62,203 nucleotides of DNA from Perkinsus olseni (taxonomy: Eukaryota): NCBI GenBank assembly GCA_013115125.1, contig JABANN010000145.1, positions 1 to 62,203 of the forward strand, read 5' to 3'. The notes under the pieces were generated by a model that ran no database searches, had not been told where the DNA came from, and saw nothing but the letters and a program-made list of their open reading frames with translations. The position numbers were made by a program, and so were the translations under genes. Shown one piece after another: positions 11,945 to 28,994 of the stretch. The stretch's first letter is position 1; every line of letters starts with the position of its first letter.

Positions 11945-12420
11945 TAGTTGTGTGCTCCGACTCCGGTTTTGCGTTTTTTTCGTAATTTCGACTACGAATA
12001 GGTGTAATCTCACAATCGGGGTCGCCTTTGACCGTGAGGGTTCACGTTTGGCAAATTCCTACGACAGGCGTACCCGCCCGATCAAATTTCAGTGAGACGG
12101 GCGGCAGGCGCGCAGCAACTAGGCATCGCGATAACGCGTTGTTGAAAACTCCGGTTGCAACAGTAACCCTAGCAGAGTAAGAGAAATAATAAAAATCATG
12201 ACGTTGGCAAACACTGTTGACGATCGAGCAACAACTTGAAAGCCGAGTGTGACCTCCTGGACCACCAATGTGCAGCTTTAAATCGTCAACGGGTGGTCGA
12301 AGGCATCGTCTTGATATGACCTTGAGGATTATCCTCCTTGGTGCTCCGATCGCTCATACTTCGATACCTACGAACGACCACGAGCTACGAGCTCCTACGA
12401 ACGAGACTCATTGTGAATAT
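11945..12420. pseudogene. Chimeric duplicated fragment: ABC-gene 3' end joined to an internal exon of the MSPEQ-family gene
   Basis: 12161-12243 matches 15583-15660 (…atcatgacg…gacgatcgagcaacaacttgaaagc). 12270-12420 matches 11010-11135 (aaatcgtca…gggtggtcgaaggcatcgtctt…aggattatcctccttgg). Confidence 0.75.
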
Positions 12421-13657
12421 AACAACTTCGCCATCACTCAGTACAGCCTCGATGCGTGGGACCGTCATTCATCCAAGGCTCTCATCCTTGGATAGCACCC
12501 TAGCGGGTTGAAGTGACCTTGAAAGATGGGGAGAACACTATAATGTAGACAGTGATACGCGAGCATTTTCACAGCTGTGTTTTACCACTGTAAGCGTTTA
12601 TCAGCCATTCATTCGAGATCATTCTCACGTACTAATAAGAGAGAAGGCACCTGCATGAGAATGATACCCATTGTGCACCGGGCTTGTCTTGTTAGATGTT
12701 CTGTTGTCATCGCGAAGGTCTGTAGAGTTCAACAGTTCTATACTGCGTGCAGATTCCGCAGTCCATCGGCTTCCCTCGTCTGACGAGCCTCGTCACCAAG
12801 CTTCCACAGCAAACACTGGCCAAATCGCGAGGTTAGCGTATACCGGTTGCGCTGAGTAGACTGTGTGAATACACCATGACAATATTTCATGACTTTCCGT
12901 ATTGAAGAGCTGTGTAATACGTGTGAAATAAGGTGTAGTTGTGCGAACTACCGCGACAACTTACCGAGGAGCGAAGAATGATTAGGTCCGTTGCTTGCTC
13001 TTTGCGATAGTCTAATGTCACTGACCTTACCCTGGTGTGGAAGCGCAGCCCATACTCCGCTATCTGTCCCGTACGTACGGTATTGGAAAAGGAAGGGCGC
13101 CGATAATGTTGAACAAGCAGTACACTACAGGGAGGCCCTGCCGCGCAGAACTTCAGCCAGCCCCTGTGCCAATATCGAAAAAGTTTCTCGAAAAAGGCTT
13201 CTCGGGCCGGTCTAGTACGGGGTCGTGTGGTTTCTCTGATTCTTCGAGGTGAGCGTAGTAGCGCAGTATTCGGTTCAATGCCTTTCATATGAGCCCCTTC
13301 CTATCATTCGCCTTCAGAGTACTGCGTTGTCTCCCAGATTACAGGCTGGATACCATCAGGGCCTCTCGAACCAATAGACTGTGTCACAAAGGTACAGAAT
13401 TCGTCTCGAAGCTACAGCGTGTGTCACATAGCCACAGAGTGCGTCCCAACTTCAATGTCCTTCTATTGTCGCTTAGCCAGTCCCGTTTGTTTGTGTTGAT
13501 ACATACCACTTGGAGTACTGAACTTGCCATGTATTTCTCAGAACGAGGATGGTCTGTCTCACCCGGGCCGACATTGCTGATTATGCATCTACAGTTTGTT
13601 TCTTTTTCTCTGATTTTCCCTTATAGTGGTCGTGAAATGTTCGCTGCAACTTTTCCA

Positions 13658-14988
13658 ATGAGAAGTGCCACGACAGTCACCAACATGCTATTGATACTGC
13701 TGGTGAGTACTTACCTGAGAGAAGCTCTTTGTGCTGTCCCTGCGGATACTTTGACTACGTTGCCTCCTGATGCCCCAAGTTGGGGCCCCCAACTGTCACT
13801 ATTGATATGTCGTTGGATCCTGAGGAACACTTCAAGCCTGCTGTGAGAGCTGTTCTGGATAGACACTCCTACGACGACTCTTTTGGGCCTCTCTTTCGCG
13901 GGTTTAATGGCAGCGTCTTCGATGCCCTCGAGTTGAAGGATTCTGATTATCAGAAGTTGGCGGACGCTGCAAGCAAATACTATCCGGAAGAGTTCAAGGA
14001 ATTGACAGGTATCTCTGACGAGTTCGCTGCCTATGGTCATGACGTAAGTGTGCAGTATCTCTCGGCCTGGTTCTATATTGGTGAGTTGGAGGCTGTTCGA
14101 TTCCCTGTCCATGAGAGTTCGTCGTCTGATGGTGATGGTGCCTGGTGTACGGCCGTAATGGTTGCTGATGCTGATGGCACAGTGGTACACGGACGAAACC
14201 TTGACCATCCTCAGGATCACGCACCATATGCAAAAGCGGTAACTCTCAACTTCAATATCATCAATGTTCCTCACGAGGGTGTCCCCGATTATAAAGCTGC
14301 TGGAATGTTCTGGTTTGCGGCTTCTATAGAGACTGCCGAGGTGCCTGGCCATTTGTCTATGCAGGCTAATACCCGTTACTATCCGAGCTATAAGACATGG
14401 CCCACCAAGCAGAGCATGTTTGATCACATTCAAGAGGGGAGGGTGCCTGCCGTGCTGGCATACAGAGAGATGATCGAACGTCGCGGAGTGATTGACTTTG
14501 ATGAGGCTGTTGATTTCACTAGCAACAGCCTGCCTCTCTCATGCCCGGTTTACTTCGCCATGGTTGGTGCTGGATCAGACTTCAGGGCAGCTGTTATCAG
14601 TCGAGATGAAGACGGACTTGCTGTCTACGCTAATGGCACTAGGAGTGAGCCCTTGTATTTGGACAACCAAGGCGATGAAGCCAATAATTGGTATTTGGTG
14701 CAGACTAACTATGATCATTGGGAGGAAGATTCGACATCTGACCCGAGAAGGACTGTGGCTGAGAACTGCATCAAAGAGCATGGGAAAACTGCTGATGTTG
14801 CCTCCACTGCTGATGTTGTCATGGACTGCGTTTTCAAGGACGGTGTATCAACTCCTAATACCATCTACACTTCCATCATGGATCCCACTGATTCTCAAAT
14901 CACTACATATGTGAGATATGACATAGCAACCAGTAATGCCGCACAACCTGCTACTGCTCATAACAATCTGCATGTAGAGCATATCTAA
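13658..14988 (+). CDS. Acid ceramidase / N-acylethanolamine acid amidase-like Ntn hydrolase
   Basis: Autocleavage motif WCTAVMV...HGRNLD and LVQTNYDHW...DPRR. The signal-peptide-like start at 13658 is in a different frame from the main ORF (13780). Confidence 0.88.
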
Positions 14989-15612
14989 TTGTGATGGCGA
15001 TTCAGTTTCAGCTACATTTTTTGGATGATAACAACGCCACTACGGCGTCGTGATTACCACTTCAGTTGTTTAACTCAGCTGTTTTTCTTCTGCACGATGA
15101 TTGACCTTGTCTTGCTCTTATAACTTATTAAGTTATAGAAACAGGAGTTGAATAACTTATCAAGTCTCGTCGAAGTATTACAAACACATTCATTGAGATA
15201 CACTCAGATATTTGTTAGTACACACTTCCGCTTTGAAGCGTTCTCGCTTCAATCCATCAAGATATCTTTTGTGTTAAAGTGATAAATATGGTATAGTAAG
15301 ATCTGGTATTCAAAACAATGCCCTAATGTTTATTGATATTTTGATTTTGATTTTATTACCGATGAATGGTGTGAATTACAGGATGGTGATAATGTAGTTG
15401 TGTGCTGTTACTTATCTGGTTTTGCGTTTCTTAGAATTTCGAATTCAACTAGATATCATCCGGGAACGTTTACACTTGGGCAACTCTAATGTACACGGGG
15501 GGCGGCCAACCTAACCAGTGATACCCGTACAGCAACCAGGCGCCACGGTAATGTGTTGTTGGGTTCGAGAACTTAGGCAACACAATCCCTAGCACAGTGA
15601 GAAAAATAAGAA

Positions 15613-20631
<5,019 letters not shown>

Positions 20632-21179
20632 GACAAAAGACTGACCAAGGACCGACTACTAGCCACCAAAAATTCCCAAACCAGAGTGCAAGCCTCCAAG
20701 CTGTAAAGCCCTCCTAATAGTATAATACTACGCCTTGCCATTGTACCAGCTATGATAATACTCACGTACTGCGTGTCACTGCGCCAGAAGATAATAAAAC
20801 TGACGTGCCTTAGCTTACCTCACACGCCCATACCACATCCTAGGGTATTCAGTTGCCAATTACATCGGCCCCTGAGGATTCCTCCCACTACTATCACACC
20901 GGGCCTTGCGACTGTGTCAGCTATGATAATACCGTCGTATCAGATCTCTCATCCAGTACAGCATAGCACATTCTATTATACTTATCATCTTGGTTTACCT
21001 ATGGACCATTCCCAGCAACTCCTTTCAGCGGTAAAAGTACTGTGCAGCTATTTCCCTCTAACAAACTCAACTCGCAGCGAAAGATTCTCCCGTAAACGCT
21101 CTGCAGCACACGCGCTCCTCGCCGGTCGTCTTCAACTTGGCTGGTTCTTGAAGGTCAACTTTCCCAAACGTCGGGAGCG

Positions 21180-23923
21180 TCAATTGACGAAGTAGCCGCC
21201 CGCCGCACCAAATCGCTTTCGTTTATGAGACTCTCCAACAGCATCTTCGTATCTTCCGCGCTCACGAGTGACCATAGTGACCCCAGCATGGGTATTTTTC
21301 TCCGTCAAATTCCGATGCTCTTTCCAAGTTTGCATCCACGCTGTACTTGTTGGCAACGGCCGAGCCTTGGTAAGATACCTGCCAATGCGTCACAAGCACG
21401 GGTCGACCTAAGATTCTCAAAGATACTACTCATGTTTCAAGCATCGGCATGCGTCTCCTCGTCTCTTCGGCGCAACCGTTAGCAAATGGTTCGTCACAAA
21501 ATCATAAAGAACCGCTGGCGATGACGACTGTCCCAAAACATTCTGAAAACCGAATCAGCAAGTTCTTCATAAAACTGATAGTGGTCGATGATCGGAAACT
21601 TCGGATTTCACAGACGCACAGTTGCTACGCTGAAGCTGTCCCCCTGATAATAGTAAGAGTTGCGTACCACATAACACATTTCGCCCACTTCAAGATCAAT
21701 GCTGGCGTGACACGATTAACCAACGGCTCAGTATTCAGCCGCCCCGCTGCGAATGCGAGTCTGTAGGAGAGACTCTCACCTGGAGCGTATCTTTCGAGGT
21801 CGTGAATAGCAAGGGTTTAGCCAAATCTTCATAGCGCGGTAAATACTGTATCTCGGGCCAATCGATTGCCCTCGGGGTACCTAGATGATGCTCGGATCCA
21901 CATCGACAGAAGATGGACGATTTCGCATCTCCCATCCCATCAGTATGAGCATTCACGTGAGTCGAAAATCGAGTCCGGTGAGAGGAAATTGCCCTCAAGG
22001 GATTTTAATCGATTCAAAGTTTGAATATTGGACCCCGACTGGCCTCACCAGATCAGATATTCACAGAGGAATCCGTATCAGGATAACAGACTATCGAGTG
22101 ATGCGCCCAATGATGCCAAAGATTCCCGAACGAAGGTCGACCTATACCGTCAGTGACATGCATCGCTCAAAGATACCATCTCACCCAAGAGGCCAAATAT
22201 TCGAGCTAGCTGATCAGCTTCGGACATGCCAGGCAGGAGCGGTCGTCCGAGGAGCAGCTCCATCAACACACAGCCGCAGGACCACACGTCTATGGCGGGG
22301 GTGTAACTGAAACGATCGCCATCAGCAACTGATTTGGGGAAAAGTTGGTACGACCCTCATCCACTCATCAAATTACTGCGTGCTTCTTCTATTTCTATTT
22401 CATACATTTTGAAACGAAATATTGGCAGAGCCCTTGCGCACTTAAAGTCAAGTCGTCTAGTCTCTCTAAGCTTACTCGGTCTGCCCCAGGAGGAGCTCAG
22501 GCGCCCTGTACCACAGTGTCACCACCACCGACGTCAAGTGCTGATCTCGTGGAGGTACGGTATGAGAAAACGCTCGAGCCAAGCCGAAGTCCGCTAGCTT
22601 CAGTATACCTAAACCAAGTCCCAGGTTACCGAGTAGGGAAAGGAGTGGTACCACCCTTATTATTGAGAAGAAGATTCGGCGGTTTGATATCCCTATGGAC
22701 AATCCCAACCCAGTGGAGGTACTGCACGGCCTGCAGCAGCTGGACGAAGATGCACTTCACATCCCCCTCAGAGAACGTAACGCCATTAACCTGAAGTAAA
22801 GAGAGCTGAACACGGCAAGACCCGAGCGAGTGGTCTACATTTTTATGCTACCAGAAAGCAATTCGGCGACACATCACTACATGGCATTGAAACTATCTAC
22901 CATCGCCTACTCAAAGAGATACTATCATCGAGGCCCTCGATAAGCACATCATACTCAAGCGGACAGGACAGAATGTCGACTACAATGCCTTAAACGCAAC
23001 GCAGTGAGAGCGATATGCTATCATGATCATCTCCCATTGGTTGTTGGACGGTTCCCTCGTCGCTCCCCTCCTCCGAGAGTTTCGAATGGTGCGGTATGTA
23101 CGCCACATCACAACATGAACAATTACATCGAAGCCCGCCACCACCAACCCCCCTCTACTACATCCATGAGAGTAGCAATGTCATGTTCGCAATACTCAAA
23201 TACCAAATAAACCGTATCCTCCCCTTTGTCATGCACCACTTCCTTCAGCTCCACTATATTTCGATGCTTCACGCGAGACAGAAGGCCGATCTCCCGTAAA
23301 GACACCAGAGGGAACCTGGCCACTGACACTGTTGTAGGTACTTCGACTGAAGAAGCGCTCAACTGCAAAGGAAGTTCGATTTCCCCACACTAACAATTCT
23401 CACTTGCGACGTCAAATGATAGTTTGCCAAACTCCCAGAAGGCAGTTCACCGTTGAACGAGGAGACCCTCAAGAAAGCCACTTTTCGATCTTCATCTCCC
23501 AATTTTCAAAGGGCAACCGCCCGGACCAGAATTCCGGACAAGTATCCCTATTATTCCTCCCCTCAATACCCCTCCTTTGATTTGCTCTTCATCTCCTCAG
23601 GAGTGATCAGAGCCTTCACCGCCACCAACTCCCCCGTCGACCTATTACGGCAGCGCGAAACCGTACCATACCTGCACAAGTGAACTCATTCTCCAACAGC
23701 CTAAGACCAGCTTGAGAGAGTAGCTTATCCCAACCTCAGTTTCATGAGTGCCCGATGCAACCGGTCGCGCAAAGACGTGGGTGAAAATACGTATGGTATG
23801 ATGGCCCCCCTATTACGTGCCCTGTCCCAGCCTGTTAAGCCTCTCATACTTGGACTCGATCACACTCTTCCTTCCACCAGCCGATCTCCTTCGCCTAGCA
23901 GTACTCGAGGAGGACGAAGACAT
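21180..23923 (-). CDS. Cyclin-dependent kinase, CDK10/CDK11-like, multi-exon
   Basis: Motifs [22 protein letters not shown] (PISSLRE/PITSLRE-like), [24 protein letters not shown] and DVWSCG. The C-terminal [18 protein letters not shown] resembles the CDK10 tail. Confidence 0.9.
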
Positions 23924-24117
23924 GACGGGGGGATGGGAGCCCCTGCACTACGGTATTCACTGCACTCATCATACCAATGTAGAGGTAATGGTGACCATAA
24001 TAAACTCTCCAGTGCGAACCAAGCCAATTTCCTCAAGCATAAAATTAGGATTTTACAAATAAAATAAATCCTTATTTTACGAAATTCACTATTTTTTACT
24101 AATAATTCTAAAATTTA

Positions 24118-27100
24118 CTAGTAAATAAGAGATGAGGTCACCAATGAAGTCCAATCGTTGAATATCATTAACACCGCACTTACAATGGACAATAACGATT
24201 CAACCGTTTCGGAGCCATCACCGATGGACACTGGCCTAGCACTTCCTCTACGAGTACTCCGGCGTAGTCTGGCGCATCTTATCGCCGTCAAACTGATATC
24301 CCATATCCCATTGAGCATTATCAACACAAAAACTGTGAAAGAGACAATCCAGTAGTTATCCTAATGCTACAATAGTAGAATGAATGGCGAGATTCTATTT
24401 TCCGATATTTCTATCAGTTAATCTCGCCAACCCTATCCAACAGCCACCCTAAGCACATAGCAAGTTTCGGCGGTGACGGCCCGCCCTCCCCCACCGGCGC
24501 CGAGGGATAGGCCTCCACCTGCGGCGAGCTCACGTCAGACGAGTGGGGCGTACCAGAATGACCAGCACCCTTGCAACCTCTATTGGTGTGCTGCGTAAGG
24601 CCCCCCTGTGACTTGAACACCCTCCCGCACTCCTTGCATTCATGAGGCTGGCCCCCCTTGCTGTTGGTGGTCGATCCACCAGTAGAAGCGCTGCGCTCCA
24701 GCTTGGGCCCTTGAGGGGTTCCAAACGCTTGCCATTGTATCATCGGTGCCACGGCCATCACAGGCGACCGCTCTCCCTTCGAGCCCAGTTCCTTCAACTC
24801 CGCCGCAGACAACGGTCCTACCACACCATCCACACTTCCCGCGTTGCACCCCCTCTCATACTCGTCCCACCAGCCACTACCAGTACTATCATCGCCATTG
24901 CCGGCGGTCTCTTGCCCCAGGGTAACCAAGAAGGCCTCGCGCTCTCCAGGGCAACTCCACTTCACCCTGTCGCCTAGAATTGACTCCGCCGCCAGCAACC
25001 CATCAGCAGTGAGGGTATGCGGAAGCTCAACCGGCTTCACCAACCCCTTCAAAGCGCTGTAGCTTTCCGACACGACCGCGATCGGAGTTGATTTAATAGT
25101 CAGTTCGAGCAGCCTGTCAGCCTCTCTCCGCAAGCTCCGAACAATGCCTCTCAGCTCGCCGGCGGAGGTCATGCAAGCCCGTCCCTCCACAGACCGCAAA
25201 TCGGGAGGAAACAACTCTCCTAGATCGACATCCTCCGCCCGGCACTCCACCAAATGCCGCCTCAATTTCCCTTCCGGTCTACTAGGCTCTCTGTCGAGGC
25301 TTTCCACCAGCCGATCCACCTCCGCTTCGCTCTGACAGAAGCCCAGTGCGCCACTCGGGTACCGAGCACATACACATGGTGCTGTTGAGGACGCTTGGGG
25401 AACGATAAAGTAGGGATGGCCGGCCTGTCCGAAGAAGAGAAATCATGCTCGACAGGGAGGAGCTCCCCAAAGGGCTGTAACATTCCTCCAACTTCACATT
25501 CAAATAAGCAACACAGCGAAAATTTATTTTTCAAATTTCAACTAAGCGCTTAGTTCCTTGACCTCCAACACGCAGTCCTGTGCCCCGACAATGTCCGATA
25601 CTAAGACCCCGATCGGCAGTCGGCCTCAAAGATGCTATCCTCATATGAGAGCACTAATGCTCCCTTCTTCTTGTACAAGTCAAAGAAATTACACGCTCCA
25701 TACGAATGGACGCTTAGTTCCTCTTCAACACGCAGTACTGGCCCGAAGAACCCTCGAAGACACTATCCTCGTCACGAGGGTAAGTCAAAGCCCAACCTAT
25801 TACCCTGTCCACGCCAGCACCGGTCGTCTGTCCAGCCATCTCATCCGGAGCCAGCCTCAACAACGCTCGCGTAGCTTGCTGCCTCACTGCGCTCACCACT
25901 GCCCTCCGCTTGCTCAGCATCCTCAACTCCTTATACACCCCCTCAGGACAAAGAGGAGCCAATGCCATGCTGGGCACCTCCTCGCCGATCGCCGCCGCAC
26001 CCGGCATGCTAACATCGCCCTCTTCCTCCTTCGGCTTCTCCTCCTTTTCGGAGTCGCTCTCTCCTGCCGGAACTTCAGCCGTACCAAATTTCGCCCAATT
26101 ATTCAACATCCTCAGTCGTGTCTCGAGCTGCTCAAGTTCTCGCCTTCGTGCCTCGATGCCCGACGTGAGGATACCTCGCCTGCAACCGACAGCCTTCCAG
26201 CTTGGGAGCGCCAGATCTCCCGACCTACCCTATCTCAGCCTCCCTCAGCATCGAGTCATTCTCGATCTTTGCCAGCCTTCCCATCATCACCTTGGCCCTG
26301 GCAAGGGCGGCCGAGACGCAGGACTGGTACCGCACGAAAAGCGGGGACACCCGGCAGCTGTCCAGTAGCGCTCGAAGGACCTAAAGCGACTCAGTGTGGA
26401 GAGCCATAGCGACTACTGGCACCTACCGTTATCCGAACCCGAGGGGGTATGTCCTTGTACTCGACTGATTCGATCCATCTAGCGGCCAGATCGATCTCCT
26501 CCGTCCGTCGGCCCTCCCCACCACCATCCCTGGCCAGCGCTGATATCGTTCGGGCTGCTAGACACTGCCAGCCGAGGGTCAGGGTGGTCGAGGAAGCGTT
26601 CAAAGGGAGGTACCGCAGAGCCCGGGACGACCTGAAACCGGTTGCGGGGAACCCTGAATGGCAGCAAGCCCTACTCGTTACGACCCTCCCGAGTGCTGAG
26701 GGATACAACATGGGGTACCACCAGCCGGAGTAATGCCAGATGAATTCTGATAGAAAAACCGTAAAAAGACATCAGTCGCTCGACATCTCACTTCTGCATC
26801 AATGGAGCCAGACTCCTTGCGAACAAAGCATCCGCGTACTCCCCCGCCGGCATGGCCGGGATGCCCAGCAGCGGCTCCGAGTAGTGGCAGCAGAAGGCCC
26901 ATACCTGCAACGGCCTCTATGGTCCCCTCTGTAGTAGAGCATTATGCCACAGTCTTGATGAGCACCAGCCTCACCACTAGTTGTATGGTTATAGCACAGT
27001 AGTGATCTATCCGTATAGCGAACAACAATTGCACGCATGCACATAGAGTGCGGCTTCTGCCCCAACCCTGTAAGGTCTAGTTGTCTTCACGTCTAGCCAA

Positions 27101-28733
27101 AACCCCGAGAGCCTCGACCTACCTCAAAAGCGTCCTGAAGGCTGTGAGGCGGCATTTGGTGGCTCGACTGCCATTGCAGTGGGGGAGTCATCACCTAGAA
27201 TAACTGTGAGGAGTTGGCTATGGCCATACCACAACTTACGGAATTCTTGGGCTTGGGTAAGGCCGGCACTTCCCCCTTCATCTCCTGCTGCTGCGTCCCC
27301 GCCTGGACTCCCTTCGATACCGTCTTCACTGCCGGGTGCTTGTCATTACTCAATACCACACCATTCGCATCACTCTGAGTGGGGGTAGGCAAAAATAATA
27401 CCATCACGGTCGACTACCTCAATAAGAAGCAACGAGGCAAACTCGAGATGAAGGGCCGGTGCCCGTGGTGTGGCAAACATACCACACCATTCGCAACTCC
27501 GAGGAGGGGACCAAATATAATAAATCATCTCCTAATCAGAGCTAGTCGACAAGACAACCATCCATAGAAGTGCCACCAACCAAGCCGAGCCGACCGGTGT
27601 CCGGATCCGGACAGAACAACCTCCCAAAACGCACCGTCTCCCCTGCCGCTGCCTTCGCCTTAGCATTGACTCTCCTTCGCTTGGCCGTAGAACCAGGCGT
27701 GCCAGCGGCCGCCCCCGCCGGGGGAGGGGTGGTCTTCGCCTTGGCAGGAGGACCCTTCTTGGACCCTCCCCCAGGAGATGCTGCTGCCTTCGGACGAGGA
27801 TGCTCTTCAACCTTCACGGCAGCCGCGACCTCTTTGCTTTGAGCAGGGGTCGACCTAAGATACCATCCCTCCCTCACCACAAGCCCACCAAAAACCCTAC
27901 TCATCTAAAGGGCGTTTCTGTGCAGCCTTCCCAAGCTCTTCCCTTCGCGGCGCTCGAGTCGCCAAGACCATGCGAGGCGCTGCCAGCAATACCATAACAA
28001 TCGCAAATCCTACAGCCCCAGACTCACCAGTAGTAGCCGACCTGCTACTTCCCGCAGCCAAAGTCCGATAGTGCTGCTCCTGCCTCAGCATCGCCGCCGT
28101 ATACATCGCGTCGTATGCCGATGGGGATGACAGAAAACTTGGCAGTCCCGGCGGCGGCGGCGGCGGCGGCGGCCCTCCCGGCTGCGGGCCAGCTGTGGCC
28201 GACGGGGGACCAACGAAAGTGTTGGGCGGGAACTTCTGAGCCGCCGCACCAAGGCCAGCCGGCGGATATCCCGCGACCGCTGGGGGTTGGCCGACGGCAG
28301 GCCTCCCTGTCTTGGGTATAGCGTACATTCCTCTAAGGGGCATCGCCGGAGTGTGCTGATGCCGTCGCTCAATCATGGACTCGGAAGATTCCACCACTGC
28401 AGAGTTGGTCGGCGGCGACACCTTCGGCACCGCTTCCCTCGCCAGGAGGGCTTCCGTTCGACGAGCAGCTGCCGCCGCCAACGCCTCTGTGTTAACCACA
28501 TCTCCTGGAGCGCTAAGGCTGGCCGGCACTGAAGCAAGGTGCTTCCTCATGACAGCAACAGCAGCCTCTGGAGATATCGCCGAGGCCCTCGCCTCCCCAT
28601 TAGAGGCAGCCGACTCCCTCGTCTGCGACTGGACTCGTCCGAGGACCGAACTGCTGTCCGAGAGCATGTCAAAGGTACTGGTGGCATCATCCAGGGGAGC
28701 GGCGGAGGACGGCAAGGAGGCGTCCGAGGACAT
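24118..28733 (-). CDS. DDT-WHIM (ISWI-partner type) chromatin protein with a C2H2 finger, multi-exon
   Basis: Spliced PPHSLQDAFE|VWAFCCHYSEPLLGIPAMPAGEYADAL (DDT-like), RIHLALLRLV, EYKDIPPRVRI (WHIM1-like), SEAEVDRLVESLD...EGKLRRHL (WHIM3/WSD-like) and CKECGRVFKSQGGLTQH. Both ends are approximate. Confidence 0.65.
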
Positions 28734-28994
28734 GGACGAAGGAAAAGAAGGGCTGATGATGCAATGCACTCTTACGATGAACCTTACGTGGTGAACGCAA
28801 AAGAGGTACATCGATGAACCTATGGCAGCAGCAGCATGGTCGACTCATCGATAGTAAGACAGAGGAGGAGACAGCAAACGATCAGTTCAGGAAACAGCAA
28901 ATTAGTAACTATTCCTCCAACCGCAGCTAGAGGTGTCAGAAAAAATATCCGGTCGTTTACCCTACCATCACCTTCTCATAATTGAGGGGCGCTC

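Noticed and set aside
13706-13717. U1 snRNA-like TACTTACCTG
   Set aside because: No U1 stem-loops or Sm site follow, and it lies in the 5' part of the hydrolase gene.
24414-25319. C2H2 finger as the start of an R2-like non-LTR element
   Set aside because: No RT or endonuclease follows, and the exon fits the DDT-WHIM gene.
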